From contig OX597831.1 in NCBI GenBank assembly GCA_951406725.2, forward strand, positions 76,570,001 through 76,634,000: DNA of 64,000 bases. The letters run 5' to 3'. Every line of letters starts with the position of its first letter. The first letter of the stretch is position 1. The position numbers and the translations under genes were made by a program. The notes under the pieces are model-generated. The model was not told the origin of the DNA and made no database searches. It saw only the letters and a list, made by a program, of their open reading frames with translations. The stretch comes from Octopus vulgaris. Its lineage: Eukaryota. Below, piece after piece: positions 1 through 13,027 of this stretch.

Positions 1-1189
1 GGAAAATGTCGTGGGTGGGAAACCAACCGATGAATGGTATAGAGAGACAGTGGAGGGTATGAGGGGAGATGGCCCCGAATCTGCGCATGACTATGTCGTT
101 AAGTTTATCTTTTTAATTAGTATGTATAATCCATGCGCAAGAGCGCGCGCGCGCACATACGCTCTCAAACATACACACACACACACACACACACAAACAT
201 ACATACATACACATGGACTCACACACACGTATACACACACACATCACACACACACACACACACAGACGCACATACAAACAATAATTATGTACGTACTCAT
301 TCAGAGACCCATAAGAGACAGAGAGAGAAAGAGAGATACTGAGCTGGAGAGAGAGAGAGAGGCAATAAGTTTTGAGGAGAGAGAATGTGTAAGAGTAAGA
401 TAGAGAGAGAGAAAGAGTAAGGCGATAAAGAGAGAGTGAGAGAGAGCATTATTGGGAGAGAGAGAGAGAGGCACAAGCAGACCGTGTCGAATATGTTAAT
501 TACCAAGGGGGAGAGCAGGCAGACAGGCAGACAGACAGACAGGCAGGCAGGCACATCGTTGTCAATGGTTACTGCGTTATTTTGTTGTTATCACGTAAAC
601 TTAGACTGAATGTATTGGGTGAGATGAGATGATCAATTAATATTAGATTACAACAGCAACAGCAACATTAACAACTAAAACGCTATCGCTACCACAACCA
701 CTAGCAGCACTAACCATGACGACAGCAAGAACAACAACTACACAAGCAGTGATAACTAAGCAGATATATATATATATATATAATAACAAAATAATATATA
801 AACATATGCATATATACATACATATATGTACATACCTACATCTATATGTATATATACATGCATATATGAGTACAGGACACCAAAAAAAACCTAGACCACA
901 ATGAGAAACGAAAACATAAAAACAAAAACATAGCAACGGACTTTTTTTTTCAAACAACGAAAAAACAGAGTACAAGACATACAACACAAAGAATATTCCC
1001 CTTCTTCAGTTGTCCCTGTTTCGGCTACTCCGCGTTCGAAGGTAAGGACAAGGCGCGACTTCGTTGAAATAGTCCTTCCCGCAAAGCAAATTAAATAAAA
1101 TTTGGGATTTTTTGTGGAGGTGTAGAGAGAGAGAGTCGATATTGCATTTCTGTGGCACATGGCAGAGTTAGGGTTTGGAGAAGAAGGGG

Positions 1190-2185
1190 TGAACGTCATG
1201 CCGATGGCTGTGTGGGGGAGAGAGACTTATGGGGTGGCCAGAACATCATGGTATGGGGCGGGATTGCACTCAACGAGAAACTTGGACCGGTTGTCTTCAA
1301 AAACATCGGGGCAATGGAGCAACCGCTGCTCGTTACATCGACCAAGTATTGAAACCTCACATTGTGCCGTACTTTGCAAGTCATCAGAAGCCCGTGCCCA
1401 TACTGCCAGGTTGGCAACAGACAACAGCACAACATCCAGACACTGCCATGGCCTGCCCTAAGTCCAGACTTGAACCCCATAGAGCACCTGTGGGACAAAA
1501 TCCAAAGAAGGCTAAATGATATCCAGTCAAGGCTGACAACTGCAGCACAATCCACTGCAAGTTTTAATAGTGTGTGTGCTGCTATCTCTATGGTCTTCAT
1601 CAATTGTTTCGTGCATTCAGATGTCCTTTCACGACTGGAGCGAGAAATCTTTAGAGAATGCTCTGGTTTCTAAAATTTATCAAGAAATGGCCACTTTGTC
1701 TTCAATATGTCCATTGAGCGAATCTAATCAAAATGGATTATCAAGAGAAAACAATGGCAGACGACAAGTCGGCTGCCATAAACTCTTCTTGCCGGAAGGA
1801 ACAGATTTGACAAAAGGAGAGAAAAATATAAAGCTGGTCTTCGCCGAAATCGAGGTTGTGTACTTTATATATTGATGTCTCAAAAAAGAGTCGAATTCTT
1901 CGTCTGAAAACTGTAAAATAGTTAATATGAAAGGTAAAAAAATAGATGTCTGGCAGTAATCAAGGCTAACGGTGGTCACACAAGATTTTGAGTTCATCTC
2001 TTTGGATCCAGAACACTCCGTTATCACGTGACACCATGTAACGTCAAACATGTTTCAGGAAACGACATTTTATCATTAGGAAAGAACGGTTTCTTAATTA
2101 GAACTCTTCAATCAATGCTACGGCAGTCTGTTAATAAATTGGTTTCTATTTAGTATGTGTGCGACGTTTCTTTTGTGGTTCAGTA
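1190..2185 (+). mobile_element. Degraded Tc1-like transposon (3' half), interrupted at 1626-1943
   Basis: Frameshifted MVWGGI, YIDQVLKPH, WPALSPDLNPIEHLWD motifs; C-terminal RCLAVIKANGGHTRF resumes at ~1944; TIR-like end ...ttcagTA. Confidence 0.8.
1624..1945 (+). repeat. Diverged copy of 2471-2795 (exon fragment) inserted in the Tc1 remnant
   Basis: Direct sequence match with a few substitutions and indels; flanked by AGATGTC at 1619-1625 and 1944-1950. Confidence 0.9.
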
Positions 2186-2238
2186 TATATATATATAGAT
2201 ATTTTTTATTTATTTATCTATTTACTTACTCATTTCAG

Positions 2239-3274
2239 ATCCTGGTTGGCACCGCCATCTCTGCTGCAATCATCAACATCTTCTACAACATTACCAATGC
2301 TATTACCGACGGCACCAACATCCTCATTCTCTCCACATACAAAGCCGTTGTCTGTTCCACACCGTTTGAATGACAAGCAGATTTCGAAACGGTCAAACGT
2401 TCCTATCTCTTCCGACTGTTCAGATCGCCAAAATAATCATAATAATAAGTTGCATCGAGTTAATATCGCTTCCTTTCACGACTGGAGCGAGAAATCTTTA
2501 GAGAATGCTCCGGTTTCTAAAATTTACCAAGAAATGGCCACTTTGTCTTCAATATGTTCATTGAGCGAATCTAATCAAAATGGATTATCAAGAGAAAACA
2601 ATGGCAGACGACAGGTCGGCTGCCATAAACTCTTCTTGCCGGAAGGAACAGATTTGACAAAAGGAGAGAAAAATATAATAGCTGGTCTCTGCCGTAACCG
2701 AGGTTGTGTACTCCCACATATTGATGTCTCAAAGAAAGAGTCGAATTCTTCGTCTGAAAACTGTAAAAGAGTTAATATGAAAGGTAAAAAAATAGTCAGT
2801 TATTTCCCTTCTATTCAGAACCTGGACAGCTCTTCAATGTTTTTACAAACCGTAAAAACCAATAAGAAAGAGGAATGCATTTATCATTGGTGGGAACAAA
2901 ATCCGAATGTTGCAGCCAATTGTCTGCGCAAGTATAACGCATCGTGTGCCCTTCCGTTAGGAATGAACTATTTCAAAGACTATATGTCGTGTTTATTTTT
3001 AGATATGGGTTCGCAGATGTTTCATGCTGGCCGTAAGAATTCATCTTCGTCATCACCGTATGCATCGAGCGGATCCTCTAGGAATCTTCACGGAATCAAA
3101 GCACCGCCAAACACACCAAATTTAGAAGTTACCAATGCGAAAGATGGCAAAGTAAAGAATGGTAAAAGCAACAGAAAAGAAGTCAAGTTGGAAAATAGTA
3201 AAAAGAAAACCCATTTGGTAGTATATGTGCCGAAGGCTGAGGAAGACATTTGCGACAAAGATAGCAGAGATTAA
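2239..3274 (+). CDS. Probable terminal coding exon of an unidentified gene (Ser/Asn/Lys-rich, several Cys/His)
   Basis: ~345-codon open frame in AT-rich DNA, preceded by tttacttactcatttcag acceptor, ends TAA; no family recognised. Confidence 0.5.
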
Positions 3275-3779
3275 ATGAAAAATTAGCAATACTTTTGAAA
3301 GTTATGTCTACACGGGTTAAGAGCAGCCCAGAAGAAACTGGGAAAACTCAGACAAGATATTTTGATAAAAAATACTGTCTACGAAGTAAGAAATATTTTT
3401 GTGGTATCTGTTCAATTAATGGATTTTACAATATTGTTATTGAACTGATGTCTTAGTGCTGTGTTGGCCAGTTTCTCAGGATAAAAGGAATTTCGTTTAC
3501 GACTGGATTTCAATTCTCAGCAGACAATCTATCGCCTGCTTTGACACCACAACCTGGTCCATGAGAGATTTTTGTAGTGTCTGCTCTAATGCAAATATTC
3601 AGGTTTCGTCTCTGATGAGATCTCCTTCGCCTGACCCCAATCAATCTTAGAAACCATGACAAGGCATGGTCACTACCCTTTAACTTCTAAGCCAATAATA
3701 ATAATAACAACAACAACAACAACAACAATAATAATAATTATAGCAATAATAACAATTATTATTATTATAATTATAAAGA

Positions 3780-3956
3780 AGCAAAGATATAGACAAATGG
3801 CCGAAGGAGATTGAAATAAAATACCCGATAGAACTCCTACAGAAAGTTTGTCCCTTAGGGACTGCAATGGTTATCAGGAGGAGGGTTCTAAGCACTTGAA
3901 AGACTGTTGAAAATTTGTGGAATATCAGGAATAAGATCGAACCTGAGCCAAACTAA

Positions 3957-3991
<35 letters not shown>

Positions 3992-3993
3992 TG

Positions 3994-4057
<64 letters not shown>

Positions 4058-4070
4058 TAATAATCATAAT
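3780..4070 (+). mobile_element. 3' end of R4/Dong-like (RLE) LINE with (TAA)n tail
   Basis: ELLQKVCPLGTAMVIRRRVLST* resembles the LQK..LLGTA.I.RRVL C-terminus; long (AAT)n follows. Confidence 0.6.
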
Positions 4071-4424
4071 TAATTCGTTTATTGGCCACAAGGGCTAACA
4101 AAAATCAAATAAAACATGTAAGGACAAAATACAGGATGAAAGTTACAAAAAGGGTTTTGTCCGTTTGAAAAGTCCGTGTAAAAATGCAAGATAACAACGA
4201 AAATATAACAAGTAAAAACTCCCAATAGGGGGAGGCGCTTCGAAAGGTTACTCGTGGAAAAACCCACAAAAGCCACGGGAGCCTGGTCAAAAGGGGGGTA
4301 GAGAGCCCCTTTCTCCTCTTATATTACCTTTTTTTTTTACAGGTGCATCCTCAGAATTGGTCCGTTCATACTGGCCATTCTTCTGACATTCACCCACCTT
4401 TCAATGAATTTGCTACGAGACAGA

Positions 4425-4660
4425 ATAACAATGTGGGCAATGAAGAAAGTAGACGTGGCACCAATTGGTGCGTTTGAAAGCATCAGTACGGAACTTCCGA
4501 CATGGCTGGGAAAGTGATTGGAACGAACGTAAAGATGGGAACTCCTTCAAAAACCATCATTGCTTTGAACTACGAGAGTTCTCCGCAGGGTTCTTGAAGC
4601 ATGACCAGTAAACAAGTGTCACCTTAGTCTGCTGGCTGTGGTCAGCTGACACTTTCCTCT
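4425..4660 (+). mobile_element. Degraded 3' fragment of a second R4/Dong-like LINE
   Basis: MWAMKKVDVAPIGA...LLQK..LL*TTRVLRRVLEA*. Confidence 0.5.
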
Positions 4661-5529
4661 TCTTTGTAATTGCTACAACTGCTAGAAAGAGCGACTAAAT
4701 TTTCCTCAAAATCATATCCTACTGTCTTAAAAAGAAACAAGGAAGGCGCGGTTGGATTGCACAGTTCTTGATGTATTTTGATTGACCGACTTAATAGAAA
4801 AAGAAGGAGAGTCATAGCTGGAGCGCCTTTGATTTTAAAAGGGTCTGCTTGATGAGGACTGATCAGAGCCTAAACAACAATAACAACACGCATTAATTAA
4901 CGCACCCCTTCCCCCCATACACACATACACATTGTTAATACCGTGACAGAACAATACGGAAAACCATCTGGAGTCACAAGATGGGTGCGGAGTGAAAAGA
5001 AGATTGCAAACGGCACCGAGTGACATCATCAGAGGTTGAAATACGACAATGACTCGCTATAAAACACAGAGGTCACGTCTCAAAAGACAATTTATTATAT
5101 TTTATAGAAATAATATCTTATTGATCTCGCTCCGAATAATACCGAAACTTACTAATAATTTCTACATGGTAATATAATACGATAATAAGACAATAGTTAC
5201 AGAATGTATCAATAGAATAACGACTTCTTTCAAAGAGAAGACGAACTGCATTTTTGCGGTAAAATTTTCAATGATAGAATGGAGAGCCATGCCTAAATGG
5301 TATCTGCAATTGCTGCCAGAAAGAGGGAGATTTTACTAAAATGTAAATCAGTCTTATGGAAAACATTGCTATGTATACATCTTAAATTTTATGTAGTAAA
5401 AACTTCAAATGAAGTAATAGCTGATTTTTCCTACGTAACATAGGTATGTTGTCATATGGACTTTGATTAATGGAAAAGTTTCAAACGTTTTAGAGGATTC
5501 AAGCAGTTATCATATATATATATATATTA

Positions 5530-5910
5530 CCCAAATGATATTGGCATTATGTTTACAATTCACCCAAGACAAGGTCCCCGTGCAACGCGTTCCATACAAA
5601 GGTCGAGATCACATCACATAAAAACATTGCGAGACAATTTCTTCACTGCCAATGATCCTGCACTTTTCAGTGTTATCCTAAAAGAAATTAAAGTAGAAAA
5701 AGACCCCAAAACTTTCAAATGGTACCTGGACAAATTCCTCCAGAAAATACCGGATAAACCACCTACACCTGGATACGCCTCAATCAACAACAACAACTCT
5801 CTGCTTGAGTGGTCCGTGGTGTCCCGAAATGATTAACTAAAAGACTTTTCCAAGTAGTGCTATTGAGTTAGTCATGGCCTGGGTCGATAATGGCCGAAAC
5901 CAATCTAAGT
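5530..5910 (+). mobile_element. 3' end of CR1/L2-group LINE
   Basis: ...LFSVILKEIK...FKWYLDKFLQKIPDKPPTPGY...NSLLEW C-terminal motif. Confidence 0.6.
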
Positions 5911-5936
5911 TATATAAGTTATATATATATAATATG

Positions 5937-5988
<52 letters not shown>

Positions 5989-6134
5989 GTATATATTATA
6001 TATATTATATATATTATATATTATATATGTATATAATGCGTTGCAGCTTGGGCAAGTGTCTTCTACTATAGCCTCGGGCCGACCAAAGCCTTGTGAATGG
6101 ATTTGGTAGACGGAAACTAAAAGAAGCCCGTCGT

Positions 6135-6215
<81 letters not shown>

Positions 6216-7627
6216 TGTATGTATGTATGTATGTATGTATGTATGTATGTATGTATGTGTTTGTGTGTGTGTGTGTGTATGTTTGTGTCTGTGTTTGTGC
6301 CCCCAACATCGCTTGAGAACCGATGCTGGTGTGTTTACGTTCCCCGTAACTTAGCGGTTCGGCAAAAGAAACCGATATAATAAGTACCAGGCTTACAAAG
6401 AATAAGTCCCGTGGTCGATTTGCTCTCGACTAAAGGCGGCGCTCCAGCATGGCCACAGTCAAATGACTGAAATAAGTAAAGAGTAAAAGAGTATATACAT
6501 ATAAGGCTGATTGTGATGGCCATTGGATATTATATATTATTATTATATAACATTATATTATATTATATTTTATTTTATTATATTATACGTTATATTATAC
6601 GTTATATTTATACATATTTATATTCATATATAATATCTATTCATATATATACATATTCATGTGTATGTGTGTGTATGTACGTTAGGTAGATGAATACATA
6701 GGGGAAACCTTATTGACCAATTGCATAGTCAAATGTTCAGACATTGCTCTTAGTAATCTTTAGTGCTGCTATTGGATTGCCGATGTGCATGTAAGTACAC
6801 ACTGTACATACGCGTGCACACACACACACACACACACATCTATTTTTTCTAGTTATTCTTTAAATATTTTTGTATCATTCTAAATATCGTTTCTAAATCT
6901 CACAACGTGAGATATTCAGCAACAGTACTTTGTAGTAAAGATTCGAAAATATAAGAACACAGATAGTGTCGTCGTATAGCCAGCTGGAGACGATGTCTCC
7001 TGGGGCTAAATTACAGCAACAGTCGTCCTAAACCAGAACTGCCATGTTATGTTGGCAAGCAATCTTTACTCCAAAGGACCGTTGCTGAATATCTCTCGTT
7101 GTGAAATTTGAAAATAGTACATTTCCAAACTAACAAAATATTCGTACGTAAAACTTTTATACTCCAAGTATCAGCCTTTGTCTTTACTTTATTCTTTTAT
7201 TCTTTTTTATTTTGACTTTTAAACATTACGGCTGCTACATAAGTACTTAGACTTTATCCCTTAAGAAAACTACTTGGTGTTTTCGTCCCCTTTTTTTTAA
7301 TTACTCAATCATGTAAATTTTATTTGTCTCCGATTTTTATATGTGATATTTATTTTCTTTATCTCTTGTTTTAAATTAGTTTGCAAATAAAAATGCATTA
7401 TTATTAAGTATTACTTCTATTGTTATAATTTCTGCTAAATTGAATTAGAAATTAAAAAAAAGTTCACACTTGTGTGGATTTAATCGTATTGATCAGCATA
7501 TACGCGCAAAGCTGGAAATGTTAATGACGTCAATCTCTGAATCCATATTCTGGAAATAAAGTTACGGAAACAGTGGTTTCCGATCGTATTTATTAAAAAT
7601 AGGGATGTATAATAACGTATCTATTCA

Positions 7628-7960
7628 TTACCTCCGCCTTGGCGAAGGCGGATATATTGTTTTCAGTTGTGTTTGTTTGTTTGTCCTTGATCAAGATACC
7701 TCAAGAACCCCTTGATGGATTCGGATGAAACTTTCAGAGACGTTTGGCCTCGTGAGTGGTACGAACTGATTAGATTTTGAGATCAATCCGGTATCGGACA
7801 ATGATTCTGGATTATTTGTTATATTTACTTTATTTGCATGAAGTATTACGATCTTACGTTCACTTTCAAGTCTTTCATTGATTATCTCCCCTGAAAGCAC
7901 GCTCAGGGTTTCCACGTAAGTTATGGCGGCGTTGCTGTTTCCAAACTACATAAGCAAACA
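7628..7960 (+). mobile_element. Possible Helentron/HINE-like non-autonomous element fragment
   Basis: Starts TTACCTCCGCC..GGCGGA (short hairpin), followed by a (GTTT)n tract; family assignment from recall only. Confidence 0.35.
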
Positions 7961-9684
7961 ACAGCAAAACCGTTCTGAAATTAAATAACACTAACATATT
8001 CAGTAACAAAAATAAATTCAATTTATCTTTGATAATTTTTAGTTTTACCCGTTTTTAATATATCGCTCCTGTTTAAGACCTTTTACCTACTTGACAATTG
8101 CATTTCTAGTTATTAATAAGTCCGGGCAAATCTGGATGTGAGTAAGTCCATTTAGGCAGATAAATCAGTGTCCCAATGTCTCCTCCCACCAGTGTGTGTC
8201 TTGTGTTGTGAATACACATCGTTTAAAAGGACATAGTGTTCACCGGTGACAAAAACAACGGCGATCAGCGTATTCGCGTTGAATCTATCAGAACGTATTA
8301 AGAATGTATAAATACGTTATTGTTTAACTTCTTGTTGATCTACGTGCACCGCATGAATTGTTATCGGTTTGGTAAATGTTTGGCAGGCATCACCCTGCAT
8401 CAGCAAATAATTTGTTTGTGGTTTTGTATAAGAGCCTGTGCTCCAATTCGATTCATCAGTTAGGCGGAGTAGCAGTGACTGAAGAGGCACACAATAAAAT
8501 CAAAATACTGCGGCGTCTCGAAGTCCACTTACACCGATGAATCCTGTGTGCTATAAACATATATAGCCTAAAGAGAGGAGGTATTCTCCGATGAGGAAAA
8601 GTAACAGGGATCAGATATTCAGATTCGAATCTGCCAGGAGGTATTAAGAATGAAGAGGAGATGCGTTGTTGGTTGGCTTATGTATTGTTCTTTGAAAAAA
8701 AAAAAAAGATTGGCACAGCCGTGCAGAGAAGAGTGAAGAGAAGAGAAAAGAGAAGGCGGCAAGCTGGCAGAAACGTTAGCGCGCCGGGTGAAGTGCTGAG
8801 CAGTATTTCGCCTGCCGCTACGTTCTGAGTTCAAATTCCGCCGAGGTCGACTTTGCCTTTCATCCTTTCAGGGTTGATTAAATAAGTACCAGTTATGCAC
8901 TGGGGTTGATGTAATCGACTTAATCCGTTTGTTTGTCCTTGTTTGTCCTCTCTGTGTTTAGCCCCTTGTGGGTAGTAATGAAATAGAAATAGGTATTTCG
9001 TCTGCCGTTACGTTGTGAGTTCAAATACCACCGAGATCGACTTTGCCTTTCATCCTTTCGGGGTCGATAAATTAAGTACGTTACGCACTGGTGTCGATGT
9101 AATCGACTTAATCCCTTTGTCTGTCTTTGTTGGTCTCCTCTATGTTACGCCCCTTGTGGGCAATAAAGAAATAAGAAGCTTGCTTCCCAACTACATCGTT
9201 CCAGGTTCAGTCCCACTGCGAGGCATCTTGAGCTAGTGTCTTCTACTATAGGCTCAGGCCGACCAAAGGCTTGTAAGTGGATTTGGTAGATGAAAACTGA
9301 AAGACGCCTGTCATAAGTGTGTGTGTACATATCTATGTGTGTGTGTCTTTGTGTCTGTGTTTGCCTCCACCACCGGTGTTGGTTTGTTCCCGTCTTCATA
9401 ACTTAGCGGCTCGGGAAAAAGAGACCAATGGACAAAGTACCAGACTTTAGTTTAAAAAATACATACTGGGGGTTGATTAATCCCTTCAAAACGACTGAAG
9501 CAAATAAAAGGTAAAAGGTACACACACACACACACATATATAGGTGCAGGAGTGCTTAACAATCATATGGTTCCGGTTTCAGTCCCACTGCGTGGCACCT
9601 TGGGCAAGTGTCTTCTACTACAGCCTCCAGCCGACCAAGGCCTTGTAAGTGGATTTGGTAGACGGAAACTAAAAGGAGACCGTC

Positions 9685-9790
<106 letters not shown>

Positions 9791-9807
9791 GTATATATAT
9801 ATACATA

Positions 9808-12800
9808 AGCACTAATTATGTTTGCCTTCCCCGTTGATGTTGCAAGGTTAAGAGTGAGGATGCGCTCTGAGCCATTTGAAGGAGGGATCACCATGGGGAG
9901 CAAGCTGTTCCTCACGGCAAACCCCACGCCATGCTGGCGGGCCTCCTCGACGGGTCTCCCCTGCCAGTAGAAGGTGTAGTCCTTCTCCCGTAGCATGCCG
10001 TCTGCGGCGAGCCTGGTCTCTTGCAGCGCCGCTATGTCGATGTTCAGCCTTTTCAATTCGGTGTTGATGACTGCTGTCTTCCTTCTGTCGTTCATCTGTC
10101 GTAGATCGTCAATGATGCCAGGGCACATGGTCCTGACATTCCAGGTGGCCAGTCGCAAGACTGGTGACTGGGTGTTTGTTTTTCCTTTGTTTGCTGGTGC
10201 AGGGTTTTCAGTCTGGAGCTCGACGCCACCATCAGCCAGATACCAGGGTCGGAGCCCATCTTCCTTCTGGGCGACTTCAACGCAAGGGTGGGATCCGATC
10301 ACGGGGCATGGCCAGATTGCCTTGGACGCTTTGGCGTGGGGAAGGTGAATGAGAATGGCCAGAGACTGTTGGAGCTTTGCTCTTACCGGAAACTCTGCGT
10401 TTCCAACACATTCTTCATGACTAAGCCGCATCACCAGGTCTCATGGAGGCACCCAAGGTTCGGACACTGGCACCAACTGGACATGGTCATCACCCGGCGA
10501 GCCCACCTCGGCAGTGTGCTTCTCACACGCAGCTACCATGGTGCTGACTGTGATACAGACCACTCTTTGGTGTGCAGCAGGGTCCGATTGGCCCCAAAGA
10601 AAATCAACCGTCCCGTAGGGAAAAGCCGACCACGCATCAACACCGCCAGGACAACCAACCCCGACCTCCGCTCGGAATTCACCAACCGCATGGAGGAGGC
10701 CCTTAAAGATCACGCAGCCACGACCATCGAGGAGAGATGGCAGATTATTCGCGACACCACTTGCAGAATAGCCATGTCATCCCTAGGAAAGAGGGAGCGG
10801 AGAAATCAAGACTGGTTTGAAGCTCACCTGCATGAGATGGAGCCTGCCATTGCTGCCAAGAGGGAAGCACTGGTCAACTATAAGCGCGACCCATCAGAAA
10901 AGAACCTGGCTACTCTGAGAACAGCCAGAAGCGACGCCCAGAGGACGGCCAGACGTTGCACCAACATCTACTGGCAGAACTTATGCCAGAACATCCAGTG
11001 CTGTGCTGACAGTGGTAACTTGAAAGGGATGTACGAGGGGATGAAGAAAGCATTCGGGCCCACTGTCAGAAAGGTTGCTCCACTGAAGTCCAGAGATGGC
11101 GAGGTCATCAAGGACCAAGCGAAGCAGATGGAGAGGTGGGTCGAGCATTACCAGAACCTCTACTCCACTGAGAATGTGGTCACCAGGTCTGCCCTCGCCG
11201 GCATTCCTGCTCTGCCTGTCATGGAGGAGCTTGACCTGCCTCCAACAAAGGAAGAACTGAGCAAAGCAATTGACTCACTCGCTCGGGGCAAGGCACCAGG
11301 GCAAGACGGCATCCCCGCAGAAGTCATCCAGTGCGGAAAGCCAGCCCTTCTGGGCCATCTCCACGAGCTGCTCTGTCACTGCTGGGAGGAGGGCTCTGTC
11401 CCTAAGGATATGCGTGACGCAAACATCATCACACTATAAAAACAAAGGGGACAGAAGCGACTGCAATAATTACAGGGGCATATCACTGCTCAGCACTGTC
11501 GGTAAGGCATTTGCCAGGGTGGTCCTGAAGAGGTTGAAAATAGTTGCAGAGCGTGTGTACCCCGAGTCTCAGTCTGGCTTTAGGGCAGAGAGGTCTACAA
11601 TTGACATGATCTTCTTACTCAGGCAGCTTCAAGAAAAGAGTCGAGAACAGAGACAGCCCCTATACGTGGCCTTCATCGACCTGGCTAAGGCGTTCGACTC
11701 AGTCAGCAGGGAGGGGCTGTTTGCGCTCCTGGGTAGGATAGGTTGTCCTCCCAGACTGCTGAAACTCATCACCTCCTTTCACGACGGTATGCAGGGAATA
11801 GTGCAGTTTGACGGATCGCCCGCGGAGTCATTCCCCATCCAGAGTGGAGTGAAACAGGGTTGCGTTCTGGCGCCGACGCTCTTCGGAATTTTCTTCTCCT
11901 TTGTCCTGGCCTATGCCTTCAGAACGTCCGACGACGGAGTGTTCCTCCACACCAGGGCTGATGGTGGATTGTTCAGTCTTGCGCGCCTCAGAGCTAAGAC
12001 CAAAGTCCGTCAGGTGCTGATCAGAGAGATCCTCTTTGCTGACGATGCCGCCCTAACATCACACAACCAACCGGGTCTCCAGAGGCTGGTCAGCTCCCTG
12101 GCGGATGCCTGCCAAGAGTTCGGCCTTACCATCAGCCTGAAAAAGACAGAGATCATGGGCCAGGACGTCGGAGGGGTCCCCAGCATCAGTGTCGGCGACC
12201 ACAGCTTGCAGGTGGTGAACGAGTTCACTTACCTGGGATCGACGGTCTCCAGCAGCCTGTCCCTCGAGCCGGAGCTGAACAGACGGATTGGGAAGGCTGC
12301 TGCTACCATGGCTAAGCTCTCCAGGAGAGTGTGGGAAAACAACATGCTCACAATAACCACCAAGATCGCAGTGTACCGAGCCTGCGTGCTGAGCACCCTA
12401 CTCTACGGCAGCGAGAGCTGGACAACATACACCCGGCAGGAATGCCGCCTCAGCGGCTTCCACATGCGGTGTCTTCGACGGATCCTTGGTATCTCCTGGA
12501 AGGACCGAGTACCAAACGGAGTCATCCTGGAACAGACTAATATGCCAAGCATGTATGCCCTCCTCGTGCGGAGACGACTGCGCTGGCTCGGACACGTCTG
12601 CTGCATGCAGGACGGTCGCATGCCTAAAGACATCCTGTACAGCGAACTCACCACGGGATCCCGACCCAAGGGACGTCCACAGCTACGATACAGGGACGTG
12701 TGCAAGCGCGACCTGAGGACTGCCAACATCTGTGTGGGCACGTGGGAGGAAACAGCTGCTGACCGCTCTGCCTGGCGTCGGACGGTGAGGAAAGGCGTTT

Positions 12801-13027
12801 CCATGGCTGAGGAGAGGAGAGCACAGCTGTGGTTGGACAGGCGGGACAGGAGGAGGACAACTGCAGCAACACCCCACACGTACCCATCGATGTTCGTGTG
12901 CAGCAACTGTACCAAGGACTGCCACTCTAGAATTGGACTGTTCAGTCACAGCAGACGCTGCACATCATCAAAGTAGGCCCCACCCTTGGCGCAACCCATT
13001 GTCTATCAAGACAGACGGGGAATAAGA
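9808..13027 (+). mobile_element. RTE/BovB-like LINE, near-intact, 5' ~400 bp inverted, one frameshift at ~11435
   Basis: APE motifs (TWNVRT, LQETR on the - strand; [15 protein letters not shown] on the + strand), RT motifs (QGCVLAPTLF, LFADD), C-terminal CxxC..SRIGLFSHxRxC; ATATATACATA duplicated at 9797-9807 and 13028-13038. Confidence 0.93.

Noticed and set aside
11-987. Short ORFs rich in HT/YI/ER/VC
   Set aside because: Dinucleotide microsatellite translations; the same applies to similar ORFs throughout the window
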